From: a virus
Lineage: Duplodnaviria; Heunggongvirae; Uroviricota; Caudoviricetes
Length of the DNA stretch: 51,166 bases
Virus record (IMG/VR): IMGVR_UViG_3300044638_003984
Direction: 5' to 3' (one strand)
In this document: positions 28,882-37,770 of the stretch, piece after piece
How the letters are laid out: each line of letters begins with the position of its first letter
Position numbering within the stretch: the first letter of the stretch is position 1
The notes under the pieces: generated by a model
What the model saw: only the letters and a program-made list of their open reading frames with translations
Told to the model about the DNA's origin: nothing
Database searches by the model: none
Position numbers and translations under genes: made by a program

Positions 28882-29517
28882 ATGAAATCATTAAACGACT
28901 TCAAAGCGGATTTAGAAAAATTTGGAACAGTCAGACAATCTAGATTCGACATATTACTACCTAACGAAACTGTTAATCTATCATTTCGCTGCGAATCTTT
29001 AAATATTCCTGGAATACAAATTCTAACAACAGATTTTCATCTATATGGCGGCGAACCAATAGTTAAGATTCCAAATGGAAGAGCAAATGATGAAGTTCAA
29101 ATGACTTTTTTGGTAATGTCCGATTTAAGAGATAAGTATTGGTTTGAAGAATGGTTACACAAAATCTCTAATTTTGAGAATAATAATGTAGAATATTATG
29201 ATGATGTTGCTAAAGATATTTGGATTAATGTATATAATGAAACACCAAATCCTAAACCTACAGATGCATTGGTTACGCCATTAGGTGGATCTGCGCAAAG
29301 AGTGACATTCGAAGGACCAGACACACTAAAACAAGTGTATGTAGTAAAATTAACTAACGCAATTCCAACTAGAGTCGAAATGATTCAAGTATCTTGGGCG
29401 GATACTGATCAATTAATGAAATATACAGTTAATTTTTCATACGAATCATTAAAAATAGAATCTTATGCAAATAGAACAGGAAAAACTTTTCAACATTTAG
29501 ATAAAGTACAAAAATAA
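28882..29517 (+). CDS. Tail-tube-fold baseplate protein (gp54/gp19-like paralogue)
   Basis: R..RF.I...LSFRCESLNIPG...YGG...KIP...MTF...FEEW...Y..D, and L.NA.PT......SW...DQ.....V.F.Y. Confidence 0.7.
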   Translation: MKSLNDFKADLEKFGTVRQSRFDILLPNETVNLSFRCESLNIPGIQILTTDFHLYGGEPIVKIPNGRANDEVQMTFLVMSDLRDKYWFEEWLHKISNFENNNVEYYDDVAKDIWINVYNETPNPKPTDALVTPLGGSAQRVTFEGPDTLKQVYVVKLTNAIPTRVEMIQVSWADTDQLMKYTVNFSYESLKIESYANRTGKTFQHLDKVQK

Positions 29518-29526
29518 GGATAAATT

Positions 29527-30246
29527 ATGTTACCTAAATTATCGCATCCAAGTTATGAAGTGAAGATACCTTCTAACAAAAAGATTTATAAATTCAGACC
29601 ATATACAGTTAAAGAACAAAAGTTTTTGCTTATGATGCAAGATTCCGATTCAATCGACGATTTAACTAGATGCATTACGGATCTCATAGAATCTTGTTCA
29701 TTGACACCAATTTCTACTGATAAGTTGACTTATTTTGATATAGAATATTTGTTCTTGAAGATTCGTTCAAAATCAGTTGGTGAATCATCAACAGTCTCTT
29801 ATAAATGCAATAATCAAATTGATGGCGAACTTTGTGATACTGTAAATGAATTGGAAATTTCATTGGATGACGTTGAAGTATCTTTCGAGAATTCTATTCC
29901 TGGAGAAATCAAATTAACTGAAGATATCTTTATTAAATTAAAATATCCAAACGCAAAATCTGCAAAAGCATTAGAACTATATAACGTAACAAAAGATATA
30001 GATTATCTAACAGAAGCCATCAATGAAGATTTGGAATCTATAATGGATTCCGAAAAAATTTATGACGATTTCACACAAGAAGAATTAAAAGAATTTCTAA
30101 ATTCTTTAGATTTAACTGTATTCAAAAATATTCTTCAATATTATATCAATACACCAAAATTAACAAAAAATGTGCAATTTAAGTGTAGAAAATGTGATTA
30201 CTCTGAAACAATTATTCTATCTGGTTTATCGGATTTTTTCGTATAG
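29527..30246 (+). CDS. gp26: Baseplate hub assembly protein gp26
   Basis: MLPKL..P.YE..IPS.....KFRPYTVKEQK.LL...FDIEYLFLKIRSKSVGE, two Cys pairs, and a C-terminal GL.DFF. Confidence 0.9.
   Translation: MLPKLSHPSYEVKIPSNKKIYKFRPYTVKEQKFLLMMQDSDSIDDLTRCITDLIESCSLTPISTDKLTYFDIEYLFLKIRSKSVGESSTVSYKCNNQIDGELCDTVNELEISLDDVEVSFENSIPGEIKLTEDIFIKLKYPNAKSAKALELYNVTKDIDYLTEAINEDLESIMDSEKIYDDFTQEELKEFLNSLDLTVFKNILQYYINTPKLTKNVQFKCRKCDYSETIILSGLSDFFV
30234..30240 (+). other. Candidate -1 ribosomal slippery site T TTT TTC at the end of gp26
   Basis: X XXY YYZ heptamer two codons before the gp26 stop. The -1 frame is open from here into gp51. Confidence 0.55.
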
Positions 30247-30266
30247 CAATTAATAATGATAATTTG

Positions 30267-30425
30267 ATGAATTACTATATCAGTAATTTTACTATGGCAC
30301 AATTCTATCACTATTCTCTTTCTGAACTTGACGATATGTATCCTTGGGAAAGAGAAGTATATTTGTCATTACTAAACAAACATATACAAGAAGAAAACGA
30401 GAGAAGAAAGAATGCCAAAAATTAG
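30267..30425 (+). CDS. gp51: Baseplate hub assembly protein gp51 (52 aa; absent from the ORF track)
   Basis: Hand translation MNYYISNFTMAQFYHYSLSELDDMYPWEREVYLSLLNKHIQEENERRKNAKN has the NYY..NF...YSL.E...M.PWERE.Y..LL...I.EEN signature. Confidence 0.85.
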   Translation: MNYYISNFTMAQFYHYSLSELDDMYPWEREVYLSLLNKHIQEENERRKNAKN

Positions 30426-32892
30426 AAATACAAAAGATAAATTGAATAACTTGATGGATGTATTGGTCGCAAATTCAGAGCGCACCAATAAATCAATCGA
30501 ATCAATATCAGAACAGATTTCTTCTCTCTCAGATCTTCTAGTTGCTGAAAGAACTCTTTCAACAAAACAATATCGTAAAGAATCTATATTAAAACAACGT
30601 TCCCTAAAATTAGAAACAGCAAATAAAGCATTTCAAGATGAGTTAGATGAAATAAAATCTAAAAGAAGACAAATACAATCTGAAATTAATTCTATTCTTG
30701 AAGAAGAAAGAAGAATACAAAAACAAGAAAGAAAAGCTGAACAAGAAAAATCGACTTATTATAGTAGAACAGCAAAAAGTGAATTTGAATCTGGCAATCT
30801 GATAAGTGGGTTGTTCTTATCATTTCTAGGAAGAAACGAAAAGACTGCAGAAGGAATTCAAGAAGAAAATAAACAAGCTGATAAAGAAGAAAGAGATCTA
30901 AGAAAGAAAAACCTAATCGATGAATTGACTGCTCTTAAAGAAGAAAGAAAACAGTTAAGAAATGATATTAAACGAGCATTCTCAGATGGTTTTGAACCAC
31001 TAGTTAATTTAACTACATCAAAATCAGTTATTCAAGAAAATACTCAAACTCAAGATATGATCTATGAGATGAGAGATAAAACAAAAGAAGATAATTATAA
31101 TAAACAAATTTTAGATAAAATTACAACTATAGATGATGATGTCACTAAGATTGAAAAATCGTTATTGGATCTCAATAAGAATATAAATACAACCACATCT
31201 AATTCTGGTATAGTAGATCTATTATCTTCTGCAAATCAACTCAAAAATTTACCAAGATTATTGAGACCATTAACACAAATATTAAGACCGCTTATGAATG
31301 TACTATCTCTTCCAGTTTTGGGTGGGATTGCTGGAGCAGTAGCATCATTCAGCGGTTTCTTTTCTTTATTAAATAAAGATCAAGATCTATACAATAAAAG
31401 AAAAGAAGAAGAACAGAAGTCAAAAGTAGAATCTGCAAAACAACAAACTGCAAGAGAAGATGCAATAATAAGAAGAGATGTAGATATAGAAATACAAGGA
31501 ATAGAAGCTCGTGGAGCTACTATAACTCCAGATATTTTAGAATCTTATGCTAAGACATACGAACAGAAAGGAGAAAAAAAGAAAGCATTAGCATATAGAG
31601 AAAAAATCAAAGAATTAAAACCTAAAGAACAACAAATACTACCACCAACAGCTGAAGAAGCAACATATGACGCTGCTGATTATGATATGAAATTAGAGAA
31701 AGAATCAGAAGCAGTTATGGTTCAATCTCTTACTCCATCAACAGCAACTGTTGCAGAAAAAATATCCGAAGAATTACCGCTGTATAAGGCACCAGTACCA
31801 ACTAAATTAGAACAACCAACAGTTCAACCCACAAAAACATTTGTAGCAAAAAAACAAAATGTTCCTACTAAATCTAGTATTTCAGCTCCAAAAGTTGGTG
31901 TAATTAAACCAAATATGGAAATTGGTATTATAGACAGAGCATTGGGTGCGATTGGATCTATTATTCCCACAAGCTTCGGAAGTTTAGGAACTCCTGCTAT
32001 GGCAGCAACTACCATTCCACCAAAATATAAACCACAACCCATTATTCCTGTCAATAAAGAAGATAAGTTCGACTCATTAGTTAGAAAGTTTTCTATATCA
32101 GAATCACAAGGTAATACTGGAATAATAAATTCAATTGGAGCTGCAGGTAAATATCAATTCTTAGAATCTACTGCAATGGAACAAGTCAAAAAAATTGCTA
32201 AAGAAAGACCTGACATTGCTAAAAAATTCGAAGGAAAGACTTTTGCAAATTTACAGAATAATGAAGAATTTCAATCTCGTATTAAAAGAGGAGAAATCAA
32301 GAATGTATCTGAATTTATAAAAACAAATTATCCGGATAGTATATCCGCAACAGTTGCTTCATTATCGAATGAAGAGCAAGAAGCATTATATAAAAAATTC
32401 ATACAACCTTTAATTGAAATAAAAGGAAAAGAAAATATAACATTCGGCGATATAAAGTCATATGGGTTTGCTTCTGGTAAATATCCAGAAGCATTAAAAA
32501 AAGGAAATATGAATCTACCAATGTATGATGTTAAGAAAAATGCGGAAACTTTTAAACAAAATAAAGAGTTCTTTAACTGGGATACAAATAAAGATGGAGT
32601 GTTAACTGCACAAGAATTGTATGATGCTACATCTAAGATGGAACCAAAAGTAAAACAGGTGGAAACTCAAACACCAAATATTGGTTCCAAAATATATTCT
32701 GCATCAGTTATGAATAAAGAATTGAATTCATCAATGAATAATGGGGCGACTATTATCGCCCCACAAACTAATATCGTAACAAACAATACTCAAACTGCTA
32801 ATAAAAATGTAAGAGAAAAACCACAAGAACCTAATAACACTGCATTCTCATATATAGTCAATGCATTGACTTATTATGGTTTTAGATCTTAG
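30412..32892 (+). CDS. Tape-measure (gp29-like) protein with a C-terminal lysozyme-like domain
   Basis: Coiled-coil N-terminus, a hydrophobic segment (VLGGIAGAVASFSGFF), SESQGN...GAAGKYQF and WDTNKDGVLTAQEL motifs; follows gp26/gp51. Confidence 0.6.
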   Translation: MPKIRNTKDKLNNLMDVLVANSERTNKSIESISEQISSLSDLLVAERTLSTKQYRKESILKQRSLKLETANKAFQDELDEIKSKRRQIQSEINSILEEERRIQKQERKAEQEKSTYYSRTAKSEFESGNLISGLFLSFLGRNEKTAEGIQEENKQADKEERDLRKKNLIDELTALKEERKQLRNDIKRAFSDGFEPLVNLTTSKSVIQENTQTQDMIYEMRDKTKEDNYNKQILDKITTIDDDVTKIEKSLLDLNKNINTTTSNSGIVDLLSSANQLKNLPRLLRPLTQILRPLMNVLSLPVLGGIAGAVASFSGFFSLLNKDQDLYNKRKEEEQKSKVESAKQQTAREDAIIRRDVDIEIQGIEARGATITPDILESYAKTYEQKGEKKKALAYREKIKELKPKEQQILPPTAEEATYDAADYDMKLEKESEAVMVQSLTPSTATVAEKISEELPLYKAPVPTKLEQPTVQPTKTFVAKKQNVPTKSSISAPKVGVIKPNMEIGIIDRALGAIGSIIPTSFGSLGTPAMAATTIPPKYKPQPIIPVNKEDKFDSLVRKFSISESQGNTGIINSIGAAGKYQFLESTAMEQVKKIAKERPDIAKKFEGKTFANLQNNEEFQSRIKRGEIKNVSEFIKTNYPDSISATVASLSNEEQEALYKKFIQPLIEIKGKENITFGDIKSYGFASGKYPEALKKGNMNLPMYDVKKNAETFKQNKEFFNWDTNKDGVLTAQELYDATSKMEPKVKQVETQTPNIGSKIYSASVMNKELNSSMNNGATIIAPQTNIVTNNTQTANKNVREKPQEPNNTAFSYIVNALTYYGFRS

Positions 32893-33692
32893 AAGAAAGA
32901 CTCTAAAGTAGAACCAACAGTTTGTACCTTTGGAGTCTTATCTCTTAGTCTTAATTCAGCATGACCAGTAGTCTTTCGTACATAATAAGTACAATAATTT
33001 GGATACTTCGCTGCTAAGAACTTAGCAGAGGTATCGATTCTTTCTGCTGTTCTTGTTTCCTGCATACCACCAGGTTCCTTGTAATAAGCAGATTCAACAG
33101 TGAGATAATTCACTCTAAGAACAATCCCATCATTGTCATAATACTTTAGAGTGCGTTCGAAGTCTTCCTTATCTTCAAGTTCTACCATAGCAACGTCAGA
33201 ATGACGATTAATAGTTCCATAACAAGAACCAATGATATAATATAGACCTTCACCAATATTATCTTTCATGAAGAATGGATTAGAAGCAGCATAGATCCCC
33301 CAAATCCAAGATCCTTTTTCTTCACAAGTATTAAATGCCAGATCAATATACTTCAGAAAATCAGTAGTTTCTACTAAAGTCTTTTCGTCTTGTCTAAAAT
33401 TAATAGCAACCAGATCGTCATCACACCAAACAATCTTCTGAAGGTGATCAAAGTATTTCACAATGAAGTTACGATTACCTGCAAGTGTAGGAACAGAATC
33501 AACAAAATTTGGAAGATATTCAGGATCAGACAAAACACAAGAAGCACTATATTCTTGTTTTTCTGATGGATCTGATAAGAAACAATAGATAGATGTAGGA
33601 TCAACACCATTTCTCTTTAGAGTCTGAAGTGTTTTAGAAGCGAAAGCTTCAGCTCTTCTATATGATGGAACTGCGAAAACGATATTATTCAT
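32889..33692 (-). CDS. TET/JBP-associated GT-A glycosyltransferase 1
   Basis: AVPSYRR, WCDDDL (DxD), WGIYAASNPFF, EDKEDFERTL and YYKEPGGMQ motifs. Confidence 0.75.
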   Translation of the reverse strand: MNNIVFAVPSYRRAEAFASKTLQTLKRNGVDPTSIYCFLSDPSEKQEYSASCVLSDPEYLPNFVDSVPTLAGNRNFIVKYFDHLQKIVWCDDDLVAINFRQDEKTLVETTDFLKYIDLAFNTCEEKGSWIWGIYAASNPFFMKDNIGEGLYYIIGSCYGTINRHSDVAMVELEDKEDFERTLKYYDNDGIVLRVNYLTVESAYYKEPGGMQETRTAERIDTSAKFLAAKYPNYCTYYVRKTTGHAELRLRDKTPKVQTVGSTLESFF

Positions 33693-34449
33693 TCAATTTA
33701 CTCCATTTCACTTTTTTATGTAGCGATTTACCAAATCCATTATATTGAATTATTAGATTAGGATTATTCCATTTTTCTTCTATATATTTAATATTATTCA
33801 ATAAATTTTCTTCTTTCCTAATATTTAGATCATAACCACCAACTCCGTTATTTTTGTAATTGCCACGATTAATCATATGAAAGTTTACAAGAAATTTATT
33901 GAATTTCAATAGACCACCATATTTAATATGGTGCGCCACAACATAATCGAAATCTTCTATACAAGAAACATCGTTATCGAATCTAACATTATCTTGTGAT
34001 TTATGTAAAATAAACTGACCGCTGATCATACCTTTCTTTGAAATAGAATCGTTGGCATAAAATGGATTTGTGTTAGAAGTTACTCCAGCGATATAATAAG
34101 GAGAAACAGATAATTGTGAATACATTTCGTCGATAATTTGAGACAAATGCATATCTTTGGATTTCTTCTTACCATTCACAATATCTAACACCTTAGAAGA
34201 TATCCAATCATCATCCATTGTAACACAATATGTATTTCTATTAAAGGAGAAATCTAAAGCAGCATTCAACTGCTTCGATTTCATTGGAAGTGTTCCTTCA
34301 ACAGGAATTACATTTTTTGCACCAGCTTCTTTATATGAATTTTCGCTTCCCTTTGGAACAAACCAAAAGTGTTCTACATCAGACAATACTTTTGACATTA
34401 CAGGAACTGTAAAAGACCTATTTGCAGATTGAATCGTATATGTAATCAT
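33685..34449 (-). CDS. TET/JBP-associated GT-A glycosyltransferase 2
   Basis: IQSANR, TMDDD, N.FY, EDFDY..AHHIKYGG..KFN and N.GVGG motifs; paralogous layout to the adjacent GT. Confidence 0.65.
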   Translation of the reverse strand: MITYTIQSANRSFTVPVMSKVLSDVEHFWFVPKGSENSYKEAGAKNVIPVEGTLPMKSKQLNAALDFSFNRNTYCVTMDDDWISSKVLDIVNGKKKSKDMHLSQIIDEMYSQLSVSPYYIAGVTSNTNPFYANDSISKKGMISGQFILHKSQDNVRFDNDVSCIEDFDYVVAHHIKYGGLLKFNKFLVNFHMINRGNYKNNGVGGYDLNIRKEENLLNNIKYIEEKWNNPNLIIQYNGFGKSLHKKVKWSKLNE

Positions 34450-35756
34450 TAGATATCCAATACACCTGCTTTTCTACCATAAATCTTTTCTTCAATCTCG
34501 GCAGCAAATTCATGCAGACCATTATCTACTAGATATTTGTACCATTCTTCAGTATATTCCCATCCAGCTGATACACCATTCCATCTTTCATGCCAAAGAG
34601 GATGATTCTTATTCTTTCTTCTAGACTCGATGAAATTGTATCTAGTATCTTCATAAGTCTTAGACCTACAATCTGCCATTTTCTCACGCATATAACATAC
34701 AATAGAAATTCTTTCATGTAAACCGGATTCTGAAGAGATTGGCGTGTTACCATGAATCTCATGAATATCCATAGCAAGAAAATCGCCAGGCTTCACTGAA
34801 ACAGCTGCACGATATTCAGGGAAGATTAAATAACAACCATTCCAATCAACACCATTATAAGTTGTAGTTAGATTGCCAAATCCACCCTTGAAATCACCAG
34901 CATCTCTATGCGCCGCAGTACGATAATTCTTATTCACTGTTACAGTTGTATAAACAGATTCACCAATTCTGAAGGCTGGATCTAGATGAGACATAGCTTC
35001 TTTTTGAACTTCAAATCTTCCTGGAACCAATTCTCGGAATTGTTCAGAAACAGCTTCAATAAATGGAATTGCTTTTTCAAACTTCTCTTTATTATTAGCT
35101 GTATATGATGTTAGTCTACAATACGGTATCCTCGGATATTTGTCGTAGGAACCCGCAATACCAGAGAATACAGGATTAGCATAAGAAGTATCAGAGATCC
35201 AATCATTAATAATTTCTACTTCTTTCATACGTTCTTCATATGATAGAAGAGCAGTCTTATGAACCCAAGAATCAAAATCAAATCCTTCTGGTCTCTTAAG
35301 AGTTAACCAGACTCGACCTCGTGCAGAAACTTCTTCCGGATTCTTCTTGAATTTTTCATAAGCTTCAGCAATTGGATCTTCAGATGTAACTGTAGTCATA
35401 GAACCAGATAAGATATCAATCAATCTTTCTTGAAGAGCTGTAACCCAATCTCTTCTAGTAGATTTTTCAGTTCTAGGACCAGCAGCAATACCACGATTTT
35501 GAGATTCACCAGCAGCTTCTTTCAAACCTTCATAAGCCATCTGCACTAGCTCTGGTGGAAATACTCCTTTTCTAAATTTAAGAAGTAGATTATGTTCACC
35601 ATTTTGGATAACATTTCCTTCTGCATCAATCGTATGTTCTAGAGGTTTGTATACATCACAATCTTCTTCAATCAACATATCATAATGATTATCGTCTAAA
35701 AAATGACCGAGAATTGATTCATCAGGATATTTCTTTTCTAAATAAATAGTTTTCAT
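34449..35756 (-). CDS. 2-oxoglutarate/Fe(II) dioxygenase of the TET/JBP family
   Basis: YTTVTVNKNYRTAAHRDAGD (HxD), PGDFLAMDIHEIHGNT (distal His) and RISIVCYMRE (2OG-binding Arg). Confidence 0.85.
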   Translation of the reverse strand: MKTIYLEKKYPDESILGHFLDDNHYDMLIEEDCDVYKPLEHTIDAEGNVIQNGEHNLLLKFRKGVFPPELVQMAYEGLKEAAGESQNRGIAAGPRTEKSTRRDWVTALQERLIDILSGSMTTVTSEDPIAEAYEKFKKNPEEVSARGRVWLTLKRPEGFDFDSWVHKTALLSYEERMKEVEIINDWISDTSYANPVFSGIAGSYDKYPRIPYCRLTSYTANNKEKFEKAIPFIEAVSEQFRELVPGRFEVQKEAMSHLDPAFRIGESVYTTVTVNKNYRTAAHRDAGDFKGGFGNLTTTYNGVDWNGCYLIFPEYRAAVSVKPGDFLAMDIHEIHGNTPISSESGLHERISIVCYMREKMADCRSKTYEDTRYNFIESRRKNKNHPLWHERWNGVSAGWEYTEEWYKYLVDNGLHEFAAEIEEKIYGRKAGVLDI

Positions 35757-35772
35757 AAGAACCCTTTATATT

Positions 35773-35812
35773 ATTATACCTTATATGTGTTGGTGTGGCA
35801 AGCTTGCCACAC
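35773..35812 (-). promoter_or_regulatory. Sigma70-like promoter TTGCCA-N17-TATAAT for the TET operon, with the -35 inside a perfect 20-bp palindrome
   Basis: -10 at 35773-78, -35 at 35796-801; palindrome GTGTGGCAAGCTTGCCACAC at 35793-35812. Confidence 0.7.
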
Positions 35813-35818
35813 ATATAT

Positions 35819-36067
35819 TTAGACGGACGTTTCCCAAGCCATATTACAAATTACCCAATCAGTTACACAATTCTCTTTAGTTATAAGATGTTGTTTGTTT
35901 ACAGCAATCATTCTAGAACACCAATAATCCCAATATTGAATAAGTATTTCACTTTCAGAAAGTGTTACAACTTCTGGAATCATCTGGTTATTCGCATCAA
36001 TTGTATAATCAGCAAAAGACCAATATCTCATTCTGGAATTTTCCATTCTCCATCTTCTGTACGACAC
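35819..36067 (-). CDS. Hypothetical protein
   Basis: 82-aa ORF in the operon; the start is uncertain. Confidence 0.55.
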   Translation of the reverse strand: MSYRRWRMENSRMRYWSFADYTIDANNQMIPEVVTLSESEILIQYWDYWCSRMIAVNKQHLITKENCVTDWVICNMAWETSV

Positions 36068-36426
36068 TTAATTATTTTGGCTTTCTTTTCTTCGCCATCT
36101 ATCATGACTCTAATATCGAAATCTTTACATTCAATTTTGGAATTATCTTTATAAATCACTTCTTTAGATTTTGTACTTCTACCAATAACAAATCCCAAAA
36201 CACCAACACCCAAACCTATTGCGGTTGCGGCACCTGCAGAAATACCAGGACCAGTATTGTAATAATTACGTGTGTATCTTCGATCCCTGATTGGCGTATA
36301 ATGTCTTGAATTATAATGATAACGATAATGATTTCTATATCTAGAATGTACCCATCTATCTGCATATGATGGGATTGATATTAAAAATAATAGAATTAAT
36401 TTAAGCGATAACAGAATCTTGTACAT
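36028..36426 (-). CDS. Secreted or membrane protein (signal peptide, Arg/Tyr/His-rich segment, glycine-zipper helix)
   Basis: MYKILLSLKLILLFLISIPSYA; GISAGAATAIGLGVGVLGFVIG. Confidence 0.65.
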   Translation of the reverse strand: MYKILLSLKLILLFLISIPSYADRWVHSRYRNHYRYHYNSRHYTPIRDRRYTRNYYNTGPGISAGAATAIGLGVGVLGFVIGRSTKSKEVIYKDNSKIECKDFDIRVMIDGEEKKAKIIKCRTEDGEWKIPE

Positions 36427-36718
36427 AATCCTTAATCTCTTCTTTCTTTAAGATCTTAACAGCAAAGATGTTCTCTAACAGAAAACTTCGATAAGCAGTC
36501 TTATTTAGATCAAAAGCAGAAAAGACATAGGCATTTGGTTTTCTAATCTTATCCGTCTTTCTTTCATACACAGGAATCATACTTGGATTTGTTGTGCAAG
36601 TCATGACTCGTGTCTCTCCATCTTTCTTAACGAAGGAGACGACACAAACATTTTCTAATAGAGACTTAGATAACCAATTTCGATATTCGATCATCTCTTC
36701 AACAGTTTTAAATGTCAT
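36401..36718 (-). CDS. DUF2693 / WYL-like SH3-barrel protein conserved in T4-like phages
   Basis: V.VSFVKKDGETRVM.CT....IP...AFDL....YRSF..EN. Confidence 0.7.
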   Translation of the reverse strand: MTFKTVEEMIEYRNWLSKSLLENVCVVSFVKKDGETRVMTCTTNPSMIPVYERKTDKIRKPNAYVFSAFDLNKTAYRSFLLENIFAVKILKKEEIKDYVQDSVIA

Positions 36719-37045
36719 CTATTTATTTTCCTTATCACCAAAATAACTTTTATGCTGTTCAATTACTTTTTGAATATTTAATGTATCGTTAGTATGATTT
36801 AGATGGATTAAAAGAATAATGTTATGAATTGCTTTATACAGATCTTTAACATTGTTTCCATCTTTCTTTCCATAACGTGCGAGATATTCAATTGCATTTG
36901 AAATATAGGACGATTCTCCGTGTCCGATTGCCATAATAAGATCATTTACTTGTATATCTTTACCGTTAACATAATGTAATTTATAAGTTGATTCAATATA
37001 ATTCTCAACATCAATGATAATTTCTTTTTCATTGTATTTAAACAT
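36719..37045 (-). CDS. DUF3310-family protein
   Basis: YIESTY..HY...IQ..D.I...GHG....N..EY..RYGKK.G.N.KDL.KAIH. Confidence 0.75.
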   Translation of the reverse strand: MFKYNEKEIIIDVENYIESTYKLHYVNGKDIQVNDLIMAIGHGESSYISNAIEYLARYGKKDGNNVKDLYKAIHNIILLIHLNHTNDTLNIQKVIEQHKSYFGDKENK

Positions 37046-37046
37046 T

Positions 37047-37265
37047 TTAAAAATGAACGATTCCTTTCAGATGCGTACGCTCTTCCTTATAATTGAATTG
37101 CCAAGAACGAACTAAAGCAGGAATAGAATGAATAACTGCATTCTGTATCGCTTCTAGTTCAACGAACATCTTACCAAGCCAATAGAAGCTTGTATAATTA
37201 GTAGTCAATGCAACCACCACATGAACAATCAGAAACACCATAGTCAAACCAACAATCATATTCAT
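37047..37265 (-). CDS. Small membrane protein
   Basis: Hydrophobic N-terminal helix; 72 aa. Confidence 0.6.
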   Translation of the reverse strand: MNMIVGLTMVFLIVHVVVALTTNYTSFYWLGKMFVELEAIQNAVIHSIPALVRSWQFNYKEERTHLKGIVHF

Positions 37266-37277
37266 AATAATAGTATC

Positions 37278-37763
37278 CTATACACCCCATAAATTGTCAA
37301 CGTCTTCTTTTTGTTCTTCGGGTAAGATCGTCAACATTACTTTACAACTTCTGAACATATATCTAACCTTTTCTTCATGTAAGTGATAGATGCTATCCTT
37401 ATCCTTGAATGCCATCACGTTTTTTGGTGAAACAATTACTCTCTTAATTCCAGACTGTATTATTCCACGACCACAATCTACACAAGGGAAATGAGATACA
37501 TACATATCACAATCAAGTAGACTAACACCCATTCGTGCTGCGTTATATATAGCATTCCGTTCAGCATGTTCAATCCAATAATATTTCTCAGGTTTGGCCC
37601 ACTTTTCTTTATCTTTGTCATTAAATTCTCTAGGAAATCCATTATATCCAGTTGTTCTAATCTCATGATCCGGTCCTACAATAATTGCAGAAGTCTTTGT
37701 AGTATCCTTGGATTTCAAGGATACTACATCTAACATATTTACGAAATATTGATCCCAAGTCAT
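37278..37763 (-). CDS. cd: dCMP deaminase
   Basis: SKD..K..A.IV......TGYNGFPR, HAERNAI and PCVDC zinc motifs. Confidence 0.9.
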   Translation of the reverse strand: MTWDQYFVNMLDVVSLKSKDTTKTSAIIVGPDHEIRTTGYNGFPREFNDKDKEKWAKPEKYYWIEHAERNAIYNAARMGVSLLDCDMYVSHFPCVDCGRGIIQSGIKRVIVSPKNVMAFKDKDSIYHLHEEKVRYMFRSCKVMLTILPEEQKEDVDNLWGV

Positions 37764-37770
37764 ATTACTC

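Noticed and set aside
32560-32630. DTNKDGVLTAQE as a calcium-signalling EF-hand protein
   Set aside because: It is a single loop embedded in a lysozyme-like region, with no paired EF-hand context.
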